From Eledone cirrhosa (taxonomy: Eukaryota), in assembly GCA_964016885.1 (NCBI GenBank), contig OZ024740.1, positions 104,160,001 through 104,224,000 of the forward strand: a DNA stretch of 64,000 nt. The letters are read 5' to 3'. The position numbers and the translations under genes were made by a program. A model generated the notes under the pieces. It saw nothing but the letters and a program-made list of their open reading frames with translations, made no database searches and was not told the DNA's origin. Positions 39,958-55,002 of this stretch are shown here, in pieces (the stretch's first letter is position 1; the number at the start of each line of letters is the position of its first letter).

Positions 39958-42900
39958 CTCAACACACCTCTGTTTTACCTTACATCAGCTCCAGCCAACC
40001 TCACCCACCATGATTCAACACACCTCTGTTTTACTCTACTTCAGCTCCAGCCAACCTCACCCACCACGATTCAACACACTTCTGTTTTACCTTACTTCAG
40101 CTCCAGCTAACCTCACCCACCATGATTCAACACACCTCTGTTTTACTCTACTTCAGCTCCAGCCAACCTCACTCACCACGATTCAACACACCTCTGTTTT
40201 ACCTTACTTCAGCTCCAGCCAACCTCACCCACCACGATTCAACACACCTCTGTTTTACCTTACTTCAGCTCCAGCCAACCTCACCCACCATGATTCAACA
40301 CACCTCTGTTTTACTCTACTTCAGCTCCAGCCAACCTCACCCACCACGATTCAACACACCTCTGTTTTACACTACTTCAGCTCCAGCCAACCTCACCCAC
40401 CACGATTCAACACACCTCTGTTTTACACTACTTCAGCTCCAGCCAACCTCACCCACCATGATTCAACACACCTCTGTTTTACCTTACTTCAGATCCAGCC
40501 AACCTCATCCACCACGATTCAACACACCTCTGTTTTACCTTACTTCAGATCCAGCCAACCTCACCCACCACGATTCAACACACCTCTGTTTTACCTTTCT
40601 TCAGCTCCAGCCAACCTCACCCACCATGATTCAACACACCTCTGTTTTACCTTACTTCAGATCCAGCCAACCTCACCCACCACGATTCAACACACCTCTG
40701 TTTTACCTTACTTCAGCTCCAGCCAACCTCACCCACCATGATTCAACACACCTCTGTTTTACTCTACTTCAGCTCCAGCCAACCTCACCCACCATGATTC
40801 AACACACCTCTGTTTTACTCTACTTCAGCTCCAGCCAACCTCACCCACCATAATTCAACACACCTCTGTTTTACTCTACTTCAGCTCCAGCCAACCTCAC
40901 CCACCATGATTCAACACACCTGTTTCACTCTACTTCAGCTCCAGCCAACCTCACCCACCACGATTCAACACACTTCTGTTTTACCTTACTTCAGCTCCAG
41001 CTAACCTCACCCACCATGATTCAACGCACCTCTGTTTTACTCTACTTCAGCTCCAGCCAACCTCACCCACCATGATTCAACACACCTCTGTTTTACTCTA
41101 CTTCAGCTCCAGCCAACCTCACCCACCATGATTCAACACACCTCTGTTTTACCTTACTTCAGCTCCAGCCAACCTCACCCACCATGATTCAACACACCTC
41201 TGTTTTACCTTACTTCAGCTCCAGCCAACCTCACCCACAACGATTCAACACACCTCTGTTTTACTCTACTTCAGCTCCAGCCAACCTCACCCACCACAAT
41301 TCAACACACCTCTGTTTTACACTACTTCAGCTCCAGCCAACCTCACCCACCACAATTCAACACACCTCTGTTTTACTCTACTTCAGCTCCAGCCAACCTC
41401 ACCCACCACAATTCAACACACCTCTGTTTTACTCTACTTCAGCTCCAGCCAACCTCACCCACCATGATTCAACACACCTCTGTTTTACTCTACTTCAGCT
41501 CCAGCCAACCTCACCCACCATGATTCAACACACCTCTGTTTTACCTTACTTCAGCTCCAGCCATCCTCACCCACCATGATTCAACACACCTCTGTTTTAC
41601 CTTACTTCAGCTCCAGCCAACCTCACCCACCATGATTCAACACACCTCTGTTTTACCTTACTTCAGCTCCAGCCAACCTCACCCACCACAATTCAACACA
41701 CCTCTGTTTTACTCTACTTCAGCTCCAGCCAACCTCACCCACCACAATTCAACACACCTCTGTTTTACTCTACTTCAGCTCCAGCCAACCTCACCCACCA
41801 CAATTCAACACACCTCTGTTTTACTCTACTTCAGCTCCAGCCAACCTCACCCACCATGATTCAACACACCTCTGTTTTACTCTACTTCAGCTCCAGCCAA
41901 CCTCACCCACCATGATTCAACACACCTCTGTTTTACCTTACTTCAGCTCCAGCCAACCTCACCCACCATGATTCAACACACCTCTGTTTTACTCTACTTC
42001 AGCTCCAGCCAACCTCACCACCATGATTCAACACACCTCTGTTTTACCTTACTTCAGCTCCAGCCAACCTCACCCACCACGATTCAACACACCTCTGTTT
42101 TACTCTACTTCAGCTCCAGCCAACCTCACGCACCACGATTCAACACACCTCTGTTTTACTCTACTTCAGCTCCAGCCAACCTCACCCACCACGATTCAAC
42201 ACACCTCTGTTTTACCTTACTTCAGCTCCAGCCAACCTCACCCACCACGATTCAACACACCTCTGTTTTACCTTACTTTAGCTCCAGCCAACCTCACCCA
42301 CCACGATTCAACACACCTCTGTTTTACTCTACTTCAGCTCCAGCCAACCTCACCCACCACGATTCAACACACCTCTGTTTTACTCTACTTCAGCTCCAGC
42401 CAACCTCACCCACCACGATTCAACACACCTCTGTTTTACTCTACTTCAGCTCCAGCCAACCTCACCCACCACAATTCAACACACCTGTTTTACTCTACTT
42501 CAGCTCCAGCCAACCTCACCCACCACGATTAAACACACCTCTGTTTTACCTTACTTCAGCTGCAGCCAACCTCACCCACCACGATTCAACACACCTCTGT
42601 TTTACCTTACTTCAGCTCCAGCCAACCTCACCCACCACGATTCAACACACCTCTGTTTTACCTTACTTCAGCTCCAGCCAACCTCACCCACCACGATTCA
42701 ACACACCTGTTTTACTCTACTTCAGGTCCAGCCAACCTCACCCACCACGATTCAACACACCTCTGTTTTAACTTACTTCAGCTCCAGCCAACCTCACCCA
42801 CCATGATTCAACACACCTCTGTTTTACTCTACTTCAGCTCCAGCCAACCTCACCCACCATGATTCAACACACCTCTGTTTTACCTTACTTCAGCTCCAGC

Positions 42901-45900
42901 CAACCTCACCCACCACGATTCAACACACCTCTGTTTTACACTACTTCAGCTCCAGCCAACCTCACCCACCATGATTCAACACACCTCTGTTTTACCTTAC
43001 TTCAGCTCCAGCCAACCTCACCCACCACGATTCAACACACCTCTGTTTTACCTTACTTCAGGTCCAGCCAACCTCATCCACCACGATTCAACACACCTCT
43101 GTTTTACCTTACTTCAGATCCAGCCAACCTCACCCACCACGATTCAACACACCTCTGTTTTACCTTACTTCAGCTCCAGCCAACCTCACCCACCATGATT
43201 CAACACACCTCTGTTTTACCTTACTTCAGCTCCAGCCAACCTCACCCACCACGATTCAACACACCTCTGTTTTACCTTACTTCAGCTCCAGCCAACCTCA
43301 CCCACCACGATTCAACACACCTCTGTTTTACTCTACTTCAGCTCCAGCCAACCTCACCCACCATGATTCAACACACCTCTGTTTTACCTTACTTCAGCTC
43401 CAGCCAACCTCACCCACCACGATTCAACACACCTCTGTTTTACTCTACTTCAGCTCCAGCCAACCTCACCCACCATGATTCAACACACCTCTGTTTTACC
43501 TTACTTCAGCTCCAGCCAACCTCACCCACCACAATTCAACACACCTCTGTTTTACTCTACTTCAGCTCCAGCCAACCTCACCCACCACGATTCAACACAC
43601 TTCTGTTTTACCTTACTTCAGCTCCAGCTAACCTCACCCACCATGATTCAACACACCTCTGTTTTACTCTACTTCAGCTCCAGCCAACCTCACCCACCAC
43701 GATTCAACACACCTCTGTTTTACCTTACTTCAGCTCCAGCCAACCTCACCCACCATGATTCAACACACCTCTGTTTTACTCTACTTCAGCTCCAGCCAAC
43801 CTCACCCACCATGATTCAACACACCTCTGTTTTACTCTACTTCAGCTCCAGCCAACCTCACCCACCATGATTCAACACACCTCTGTTTTACCTTACTTCA
43901 GCTCCAGCCAACCTCACCCACCACAATTCAACACACCTGTTTTACTCTACTTCAGCTCCAGCCAACCTCCCCCACCATGATTCAACACACCTCTGTTTTA
44001 CACTACTTCAGCTCCAGCCAACCTCACCCACCACGATTCAACACACCTCTGTTTTACCTTACTTCAGCTCCAGCCAACCTCACCCACCATGATTCAACAC
44101 ACCTCTGTTTTACCTTACTTCAGCTCCAGCCAACCTCACCCACCACGATTCAACACACCTCTGTTTTACTCTACTTCAGCTCCAGCCAACCTCACCCACC
44201 ACAATTCAACACACCTCTGTTTTACTCTACTTCAGCTCCAGCCAACCTCACCCACCATGATTCAACACACCTCTGTTTTACCTTACTTCAGCTCCAGCCA
44301 ACCTCACCCACCATGATTCAACACACCTCTGTTTTACCTTACTTCAGCTCCAGCCAACCTCACCCACCACGATTCAACACACCTCTGTTTTACTCTACTT
44401 CAGCTCCAGCCAACCTCACCCACCACGATTCAACACACCACTGTTTTACTCTACTTCAGCTCCAGCCAACCTCACCCACCACAATTCAACACACCTCTGT
44501 TTTACACTACTTCAGCTCCAGCCAACCTCACCCACCACAATTCAACACACCTCTGTTTTACTCTACTTCAGCTCCAGCCAACCTCACCCACCACAATTCA
44601 ACACACCTCTGTTTTACTCTACTTCAGCTCCAGCCAACCTCACCCACCATGATTCAACACACCTCTGTTTTACTCTACTTCAGCTCCAGCCAACCTCACC
44701 CACCATGATTCAACACACCTCTGTTTTACCTTACTTCAGCTCCAGCCAACCTCACCCACCATGATTCAACACACCTCTGTTTTACCTTACTTCAGCTCCA
44801 GCCAACCTCACCCACCATGATTCAACACACCTCTGTTTTACCTTACTTCAGCTCCAGCCAACCTCACCCACCACAATTCAACACACCTCTGTTTTACTCT
44901 ACTTCAGCTCCAGCCAACCTCACCCACCACAATTCAACACACCTCTGTTTTACTCTACTTCAGCTCCAGCCAACCTCACCCACCACAATTCAACACACCT
45001 CTGTTTTACTCTACTTCAGCTCCAGCCAACCTCACCCACCATGATTCAACACACCTCTGTTTTACTCTACTTCAGCTCCAGCCAACATCACCCACCATGA
45101 TTCAACACACCTCTGTTTTACCTTACTTCAGCTCCAGCCAACCTCACCCACCATGATTCAACACACCTTTGTTTTACCTTACTTCAGCTCCAGCCAACCT
45201 CACCCACCACGATTCAACACACCTCTGTTTTACTCTACTTCAGCTCCAGCCAACCTCACCCACCATGATTCAACACACCTCTGTTTTACTCTACTTCAGC
45301 TCCAGCCAACCTCACCCACCATGATTCAACACACCTCTGTTTTACCTTACTTCAGCTCCAGCCAACCTCACCCACCATGATTCAACACACCTCTGTTTTA
45401 CCTTACTTCAGCTCCAGCCAACCTCACCCACCACGATTCAACACACCTCTGTTTTACTCTACTTCAGCTCCAGCCAACCTCACCCACCACGATTCAACAC
45501 ACCTCTGTTTTACTCTACTTCAGCTCTAGCCAACCTCACCCACCACGATTCAACACACCTCTGTTTTACTCTACTTCAGCTCCAGCCAACCTCACCCACC
45601 ACAATTCAACACACCTGTTTTACCTTACTTCAGCTCCAGCCAACCTCACCCACCACGATTCAACACACCTCTGTTTTACCTTACTTCAGCTCCAGCCAAC
45701 CTCACCCACCACGATTCAACACACCTCTGTTTTACCTTACTTCAGCTCCAGCCAACCTCACCCACCACGATTCAACACACCTCTGTTTTACTCTACTTCA
45801 GCTCCAGCCAACCTCACCCACCATGATTCAACACACCTCTGTTTTACTCTACTTCAGCTCCAGCCAACATCACCCACCATGATTCAACACACCTCTGTTT

Positions 45901-46611
45901 TACCTTACTTCAGCTCCAGCCAACCTCACCCACCATGATTCAACACACCTTTGTTTTACCTTACTTCAGCTCCAGCCAACCTCACCCACCACGATTCAAC
46001 ACACCTCTGTTTTACTCTACTTCAGCTCCAGCCAACCTCACCCACCATGATTCAACACACCTCTGTTTTACTCTACTTCAGCTCCAGCCAACCTCACCCA
46101 CCATGATTCAACACACCTCTGTTTTACCTTACTTCAGCTCCAGCCAACCTCACCCACCATGATTCAACACACCTCTGTTTTACCTTACTTCAGCTCCAGC
46201 CAACCTCACCCACCACGATTCAACACACCTCTGTTTTACTCTACTTCAGCTCCAGCCAACCTCACCCACCACGATTCAACACACCTCTGTTTTACTCTAC
46301 TTCAGCTCTAGCCAACCTCACCCACCACGATTCAACACACCTCTGTTTTACTCTACTTCAGCTCCAGCCAACCTCACCCACCACAATTCAACACACCTGT
46401 TTTACCTTACTTCAGCTCCAGCCAACCTCACCCACCACGATTCAACACACCTCTGTTTTACCTTACTTCAGCTCCAGCCAACCTCACCCACCACGATTCA
46501 ACACACCTCTGTTTTACCTTACTTCAGCTCCAGCCAACCTCACCCACCACGATTCAACACACCTCTGTTTTACCTTACTTCAGCTCCAGCCAACCTCACC
46601 CACCACGACTT
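39958..46611. repeat. 56-bp minisatellite, ~119 copies
   Basis: Unit ttcaacacacctctgttttac[ctt/tct/act]acttcagctccagccaacctcacccacca[tg/cg/ca]a, with occasional 54-bp variants. Confidence 0.98.
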
Positions 46612-48228
46612 AAAAACATTTTAAGAACTGACCTAAATAATTGAACCCACCACTTATGTCTTGTCCATGAACCTATCTATTTCCTGTCAGAACTAAATAA
46701 TTCAACCCACTTCTTCTCTACTCTACTTCGAGTATAAGGCAGCCTCCACTCGTACCATATTTTAATTACATTCAGAGTTCAGCTAAGTTGAACTCGGTAG
46801 GATTTGAACTCAGAATGTAAAGTGCCAGAATAAATTCTACAATGGTATTTTACTTAATGCTCTATTAATTTATGAAAATCCACCCCATCTCTGACATTAA
46901 AATATTAGAAGTGGTAGACAGGGCTGGATTTAGACATTGGGGGGCCTAGGGCACTTCAGATTGGGGTGCCTTATACACAAAAAATTAGAATACACGGCAA
47001 ACCCCCAATTTTAACATATCAAAGTCGGCTTTGTGCAAGTAATTGGAATTGAAAAGTTATACATACAGGTATTAAATTTAAAAAAAACTAGACATCTTCA
47101 TTTTATGTCCACTTTCCACACTGGCATGTGTTGGACGGCTGGTCACCATCTGAGATCAGACATATCGGAGCAAACTCTTTTTGCTCATACATTACATATT
47201 TAGCATGGTTTCTATGGCTGGATGCCCTTCCTAACATAATCACTTTAGAGTGTTTACTGGGTGCATTGTTTTTGCCAATACCAGCACAACCACTTTACAC
47301 AGTTGACTAAGTATATTCTATCAAGGCACCAACACTAACAATTTACAGGATGTACAGGGTACATTTTATTATGGCACTACTACTAGAGATGTCATCACAT
47401 GCTCGTTGTCAAAGAGATAAACTAAAACGCCCAGCAGAGGGCACAAATAAATTGCTACAGCTGTCCCTGCCCTCCTCCATTAAATTCAACCCTGGTGGTA
47501 GGAGTTCAATTTTGCATTTCATTCTTCAGTGCTGACAAAATTATGTACCAGTCAAGTACTGGATTTTATTTAATCAACTAAGCCATCTCCCCAAATTTCC
47601 TGGCCTTGTGCCTAAATTAGAAATCAATCAATATTTTAATGTTAGACCTAACTACATTCAACTCAATTCTTTTCTAACCAACTTCAGGTTCGGGCAGTCT
47701 TAACTTGGAAAAATGTGAGTAATAGTTGTAGATCCAGATCAAAGTTGTTTATCTGTTTGTCTGTTTAACTGTCTGAACTTGTCTGCTTGTCTGTCTCATA
47801 TCTGTCTTGTGCCGATATGTCTATAAGTCTATCATTCTGTCAGTCTATACATCCTTCAATCTGTCTGTTTCTCTATCCATTTGTCTGACTTTTGTTTAAA
47901 AGATTATAGGTGGAAGATACAATCCATCTCATCCATATATAGGACAAGCGTTAGCAAGGAGGGAATCTCAGAGAATTGCAGTTCTGTGGAAGAAGAGCAA
48001 GGAGAAATCTTTAATGCTGTGTTTGGGAGATGAGATACAATAAAAGTTTCAAGAGGACAAAGTAACAACAACTTATTCATCCTTCATTTTTGAAAATGAC
48101 CAAGAGATCATCATAAACTGTAAAACCTAGCACTTGAGTATCTTTAAAGATTCTAGTTATATGTTGTTTGTAAATAGAGAGGGTAAAGTACAAGTGTTTC
48201 CTTTTATAACTGTAATAATTAATTGGAG

Positions 48229-48347
48229 ATGCTTACAGTACCTACGTTTCCCAAGGGGTCACCCAACTAAGTACTAACTAAGCTTGATGTTGCTTAACTC
48301 TGGTGATGGGATGAGAACCAGTGTTTTCAATGTGATATGTCTATTAT
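48229..48347 (-). pseudogene. 5S rRNA pseudogene
   Basis: Reverse complement aligns to eukaryotic 5S: agttaagcaacatcaagcttagttagtacttagttgggtgaccccttgggaaacgtaggtactgtaagc, with many substitutions. Confidence 0.85.
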
Positions 48348-48769
48348 AATTAAGTTTTTGTTTTGTTGTCATGTGGTCATGTCCTTATTAAAGGATGTTT
48401 TTGAGATTTCTGTTCATGGAGTTAGTGTACGTTTGGAGGAAGTTGCTTAGGTTATGTAGGGATGGCACCTGTTTTAAAAAGGAATGAATGGAAGTAATAT
48501 GTTTGAAGGATTATGGGTTGTTAGAAGTTATTGACATACAGAGAGAAGGTTCTCATGTGAAGGCAGGGTCTAAAGCTTTGCTGATGCTATGTACCATAAC
48601 ATTTTAACCAAAGAGCAAGGATCCACTATCAAATGTCATAGAAGAGTCTCCAGCAGATATGTCTGTCTACTTTCTATCTAGCCATTTATTTATTTATGAA
48701 TTTCACTAACCATCTCTCCCACCCCCCTCTCTCTCTCTCCATATATATATATGTATTTGTTTCTATGGG

Positions 48770-51268
48770 GCAACCTGCTGGAAGCTATGAACCAGGTCTG
48801 TGGCTAGAGCAAGGTCCCAACAAGATAGAGGGGAGGTGAATGGTAAGCTAGAAAGAGCCATTAAAACATAAAGACAAGCCTGGTGAGACTGGTGGAAAGA
48901 GGGAGACTGAAAGAAACACTAGATAACTCGAAGAGCGGCCAGGTGCCAAGTATATTTAGTAAGGGGAGAGGTAGAAAAGAAGTTTGCACATGTTCTGCAT
49001 CATGAAGATCAAAGGCGTGAAGTGTTCCAGATTGCCAGACAGTATATTAGAGAAAATTGGGATGTGGTTGGAGAAAAGTGTGTCCAAAATGATAATGGAG
49101 CACTTGCCCTGTCTGAGACTGAACAGAAGGAGGCATGGAAAACTTATCATGAGAGACTGCTGAATGAAGAGAATAAGTGAGACAGTGAGTGCCTATCTCA
49201 TGTAGACCCAACTGAGGGACCAACCATAAAAGTTGACAGTAGTGTGATAGATAAAATGATTAAGGGCATCAAGATAGGGAAGGCAGCTGGACCATCTGGT
49301 ATAGTTGCTGAGATGCTAAAAGCATCTGGTTTGGTAAGATATGCGCTAGTCCAACACATAGTTGATCAAGTAGTACAGGATTGTGATACCCACTGACTAG
49401 CATAGTAGTATCATAATTGCTTCATGGGTAAATGAGTCACATCAGAGAGAAGTAATTTTCATGACCTGGTCTATGAAGCTCATTGACCATGACATGAAAG
49501 TTGCTGAAAAGCTTATAGCACAACTAATTAGGGACAGAATCAAGTTAGATGAGATGCAGCTTGGATTTATGCCAGGTAGGGGTACTACTGATGCACTTTT
49601 TCTGTTGAGCTACAGGAAAGGCACTTAGATAAGTGTAAGGCACTGTATCTAGTATTTGTAGATCTGGAGAAGACCTTTGATAGCGTTCCACACTCTATAA
49701 TCTGGTGAGCCCTTAGGAAGATAGGAGTAGACAAATCCCTTGTGAGGAAGGCTATGCAAGTCATGTATAGAGGAACAACCAGTAGAGTGAGAGTTGGCAA
49801 TGAATACAGTGATGAGTTTGAAATGCAGGTGGGTGTCCACCAGGGATCAGTCCTCAGTCCATTTTTGTTTATCATTGCCATTCAGACCATCACTGAGGAG
49901 TTTAAAACTGGCACTCCATGCAAACTCCTGTATGATGATAACCTAGTCATTATGCCTGAATCCATAGAAGAGTTAAAGGCAAAATTTCAAGCAGGGAAGA
50001 ACAACCTAGAGTTGAAAGGTCTAAAAGACAAAAGTGTTAATAAGTAGGAAAGAAGATAGGAGAGTGATACCATCAGGGAAATGGCCTTGTTTGATATGTC
50101 AGAAAAGGGGAAATTCTAGAAGGTGCACACAGTGTAATCTATGGATGCACAAGAGATGTAGTGAGATTGCAGGCAGGATAATAGAAAAGATAGACTTTAT
50201 ATGCAGCAGATGCGCAGAAGACGTAAATACTAAGAGCATGTGAAATAAATGTACTCAGTTGCCACAGATGCTCCTTAAAAGTTGCTCACAGCTTTTGTTA
50301 CCTAGGTAACTATATCAGCAGTAGAGGAGGATGCTCTGAAAGTGTGATAGCCAGATTAAGAAAAGGTTGGAAGAAGTTTAGGAAGCTGGTACCTCTGCTG
50401 ACAACAACGGGTTTCTCTCTCAAAGTGAAGAATATACTGTGGTAGTGAAACATTGACCTTGATTGCAAAAGACCTGTGCTGACTAAAAATAACTGAAGTG
50501 AGTGTGCTTTGATGGATGTGTAATGCTAGTGTGCATAAATGACGTAGCATAAGCAAACTGAGAAAAAGAACTTGGCATAAGAGAAATTAGATGTAGTGTG
50601 TAAGAGAGAAGACTGAATTAGTATGGACATGTGATGCAGATGGAAAATGGCAACCACATAATGAAATACAGAGAAATCTTAGTAGCTGAGACCTGTAGAA
50701 GAAGTAGACCCAGGAAGACTTTGGATGAAGTAGTGAAGACCGACCATTGGAAGCTGAACTTCACAACAGAGATGACCTGATCCATCAAAGTACACCCCCA
50801 CCCAGTATCACCTCTTAAGTATATCCCCTCCTCCCTCTAAAGTCCTTAAATACCCTTTCTATGAGACCCTAGTAGCTACGCTTTCCACCCTGTCCACCCA
50901 AGCTCACCCATGCTCCCTCCACTGCCGTTCCTTAGCTATCCCCACTTTCTAAAGTTCTTAGATACCCTCGCTATTGCACCTTAGTAACTACTCTTCTACC
51001 ATGTCCACCCAACTCCATCAATTCCTCCTCCACTATCCCTACACGGCATGCCCCCACCAACACTAGTCACCATGCCTCCACCACTATCACTGTCCCTAGC
51101 ACTTTGTGCCATGATGAAATGCACTTGGTAGAGCATGGGACCTTGTGTAAGTGAGAATGCAGACGCTTGGCCTGCCTGGGATGTCAGTAGACCCACTTCA
51201 GTACTGACTCGGAATATGAAGACCCATCCAACCCATACTAGCAGAGAAAGTGGATGTTAAATGATGAT
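48770..51268 (+). pseudogene. Decayed RTE LINE (linker, RT, PHD-like finger, 3'UTR)
   Basis: VGVHQGSVLSPFLF, PSGKWPCLIC, and tail ggatgttaaatgatgat, with many stops. Confidence 0.88.
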
Positions 51269-51302
<34 letters not shown>

Positions 51303-53569
51303 ATATATACATATGTATATATACATTGAGTGGTTATAGTGAGCAAGTCGATATTTTGTATATCAATATAAATTTATTTGTATGTATGTATGTGTGTATG
51401 TGTGTATGTGTGTGTATCCATCCATCCTTCTATCTATCTATCTATTTGTCTGTCAGGCTATCTATCCAACCATCCAACCATCCACCCATCCATCAGTTTG
51501 TCTGTCTATCAAAAATATGACTCCATTGATTAAGTGACAGAACCTGTGTTGTTTTCTGTTTGTTTAACAATTGAAACTTGTTGTCATTGCACAATCAATA
51601 CCAAGCTGCTACCTTGAATTAATACACTTGGATGGGCACTATAACGCCCCCCCCCCCTCACAAACATACCTACTCTCTCTCTCTTTCTCTCTCTCACACA
51701 CACATTAAGATAGGAGACAAAACACACACACATATATATATATTTTGTTTTACCCAGGAAACAAGGCCATATTTTTTAAAGAGAGATGGTATCGTTGATT
51801 AGACCATTGATGGTATATTAATGGTATGTATTTTATTAATTGGAAGTGAAGCAATGTAAGTGTCTACTTCTTTTTAACTCAGTGCTCTACTTCTTCAAAA
51901 TCCCATCCTTTGAACTCATTGTTTCCTTGATAAAAGAAATATTGGAGGTGAAAGCAAGACTGGTCAGATTTAAACTCAGAACATAAAAGGATGTTACTAA
52001 CTACTGTAAGGCACAAGTATTTCTGCCTTACTACTATTCTTATTTTGTTCTTTTGCAAGTTTTAGTTATTAGAATTTGGCCAAGTTTGGACTCCGCCTTT
52101 AAGGAGTCCAGTCAAATTCACAAAGTTGTTGTAGCATTGAATAGAATGCCTTGCTGTAGTTATGGATCTTTGTGTCATAGGTTCAAATCCTGTCACGGTT
52201 AACTTTTCTTTTCATTCTTTTAAGGTTGATAAATAAAGTAGTAATCAAATGCTGGGATCAAGTAATTGCATACTTCCTTTCAGGTATAGAATAGAGACCT
52301 CAAACAACAACTCACCTACAAATGGAAATTCTCAGCCATCACAGCCATCTTCAAATAATCCTTTCTAGAATTGGCACAAGGTCAGTAATTTGGGGGAAGG
52401 AGAAAGCTGATTATATCGATCTCAGTACTTAACTGGTACTTTATTTTATTGACCCCCAGAAGGATGAAAGGCAAAGTTGACCTCAGTGGGAATGGAGCTC
52501 AAAATGTAGAAAATTGTTACTAAATATCACAAATCATTTTGTCAGATACTCTACCGATTCTGCCAATCTCCAGCCTTCTCCTTCAAATAATAACAGTACA
52601 TTTGTGATTAGTATTGACCAGCATTAAAGCCACATTAAAAAAAACAAACAAACAAATGACATTTGAATTCAATAACAGACTTTTTAAAGGAATTAAGTAC
52701 AGTACAATCAAGGTTGGACTTTCTGGAAAAATCACCAGATTATTTATGGTGTGACTGGATAAACAAATAATACAACAATTAGCTACTTTTACTATCAATA
52801 TAGCATGTAGGGTAGTGAATTAATGGAATTGGAAGAGCATCAGATAAAATGCCACTGCAGTATTTTTACATTCTGAGTTATCCCATTGAAGTGATCTTTA
52901 CATTTCATCCTTCCAGGGTTGATAAAATAAAGTCCCAGTCAAGTACCGAAGTTGATTCACCATATATACTCAATCAAATATAAACCAAGTAATATGTGAC
53001 TAAAAAAATCGATGGTAGAAGTGGAGGAGTCAGCTTATATTCAGGGACAATATTTTGACAATTTTCACCAACTTCAAATTCTATGTAAATAAGGTTTGGA
53101 TTTTTCAGACATAAAATTTCTCAAACATAAAATAGTGGGGTTAGCTTATATTTGTATTGGCTATATTCAAGTATATATGGTAATCATTTTTGCTCTTCCT
53201 TCAAATTTGCTATAGAAAATCTATGGTATACCCATTAGTAATGAAGAGAGACACAGCTATGTAGGGAACTAACAAACTGAACATTATAGTGGGAGACTTC
53301 AGAAACGATGGGATTCTCACTAGTTTCAATGATGAGTGTTCCAGTTGTGCAATCAATGGAGCCATCTTCTCATGTGGCTGACCCTTCGACAGACATGTGT
53401 ACCCTTAATGTAATTCTCAGGGATATTCAGTGTGACAGTGTGACAAGATCGACTCTTTGAATTACAGGTATAGTCCATCTCACAGGTTTCCAAACAGCTT
53501 CACTCTACCCATTTTCAATTGCAAGGCATTGGTCAACCCAAGGCTATAGTAAATAATTGTTTCTACGTT

Positions 53570-53745
53570 TGGCACAAGGCCAGCAATTACCCAGTGCATT
53601 ACTGGTACTTTATTTTTATCGACCCCGTAAGGATGAAAGGCAAAGTTAACCTTGGCGAGATTTGAACTCAGAATGGCAAGGGCCGTAACTCTATACGTCA
53701 AAGCATGGCATCCAACCCTCTACCGATACTGCCAATCCACCGCCC
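53570..53745 (-). mobile_element. tRNA-derived SINE
   Basis: Same family as 467-850 and 58585-58763. Confidence 0.8.
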
Positions 53746-54936
53746 TTAAGGCTATAGTAAATAATACTTGCCCAAGATGCTTTGCAGTGGGATTGAAGCT
53801 GGGACCTAATGATTGCAAAGTAAACCTCTTAACAATTTGGCCATGCTCCTTCATGGTTAACCTCATCAGAGCAATGAGTGACGTATCACAAATATGCCAA
53901 CATCATGAATGGCATATCGACATGTGTTATTCACATGCAATTATCTGATTACACAAAAGGGATAGAGTAGGGTATATGCTTTTTTTTCTTTAACTGGTTT
54001 CGGTCATAGATTGCAGCTATGCTGAGCAAGAACCAAGAAAACGTTTGAAAATATTCTAAAACAATGATAAAGATGGAATATGTTCTCCATACCATAACAC
54101 AATTTTGGAATAAATTAGTTAAAGAAAATTATAAAATAGCTAAGGCCAGTACATGGTACCACAACAAAGTGTTTGATAGTTTAATCTCTGTGAATGCTAT
54201 GTCCAATAATTAAATATTTAATAGATTTAAGAAAATCTTACTAAAAGTTAATATTAAGAAAACCCTAAAAAACAAGAAACAGATTGATTATTTGAAAGCC
54301 CTATTTTGGGGTGAAAAAGAATTCAAGTTGTGTGCTGCAAATCCATACATCAACTGCATATTAGCCCTTTTGTTACCATATCTATTAAGAAATACACTAC
54401 GAATGTGTTTTAATTAATTTTAAAAACAATGAGAAGACTGGTGTTTGGAAAATTACTTAACAAAAATGTTCATATAGAATTATGATGGATGGCTCTAAAA
54501 TGAGTCTCAACGCTTTAAAACAGGCAGTTTTATATAATAGAACATGACGGAATTTGAGTGGGTGGATACTAAAACTGTTAAAAGATACAGTATACCATAT
54601 AAGGTGTTGAGAATCATCATGTGCAAACCTCTCAAAAACTTATATAAAAGAAGCAACTTGAGGTATAGATGAAAGGCTTAGGGAGCATAGGAACTGGTAT
54701 ATCGAAAATAAATTTACATCAACATTTTACCAACATGTACTAGATAAATATAATGGTTCAATCAATAGGCACAATATAGATATCATGAGTACACATCCTT
54801 AAAATACAATGTTACGGTAAGGAGACAACTGAATCAGTTTGCATATGAAATGATGAACTTAGTCTTAAATATAAGTCCATATGGGGTAACATCAATTAAG
54901 AGAGAGAGAGAGAGATAGAGAGAGAGATAGATAGAT

Positions 54937-54999
<63 letters not shown>

Positions 55000-55002
<3 letters not shown>

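Noticed and set aside
40010-46162. Long repetitive ORFs (MIQHTSVL...)
   Set aside because: They are by-products of the 56-bp unit cycling through three frames, and stops depend on the tga/cga variant.
39958-46611. CRISPR-like array
   Set aside because: Units are contiguous with no unique spacers, there are no cas genes, and the context is eukaryotic.
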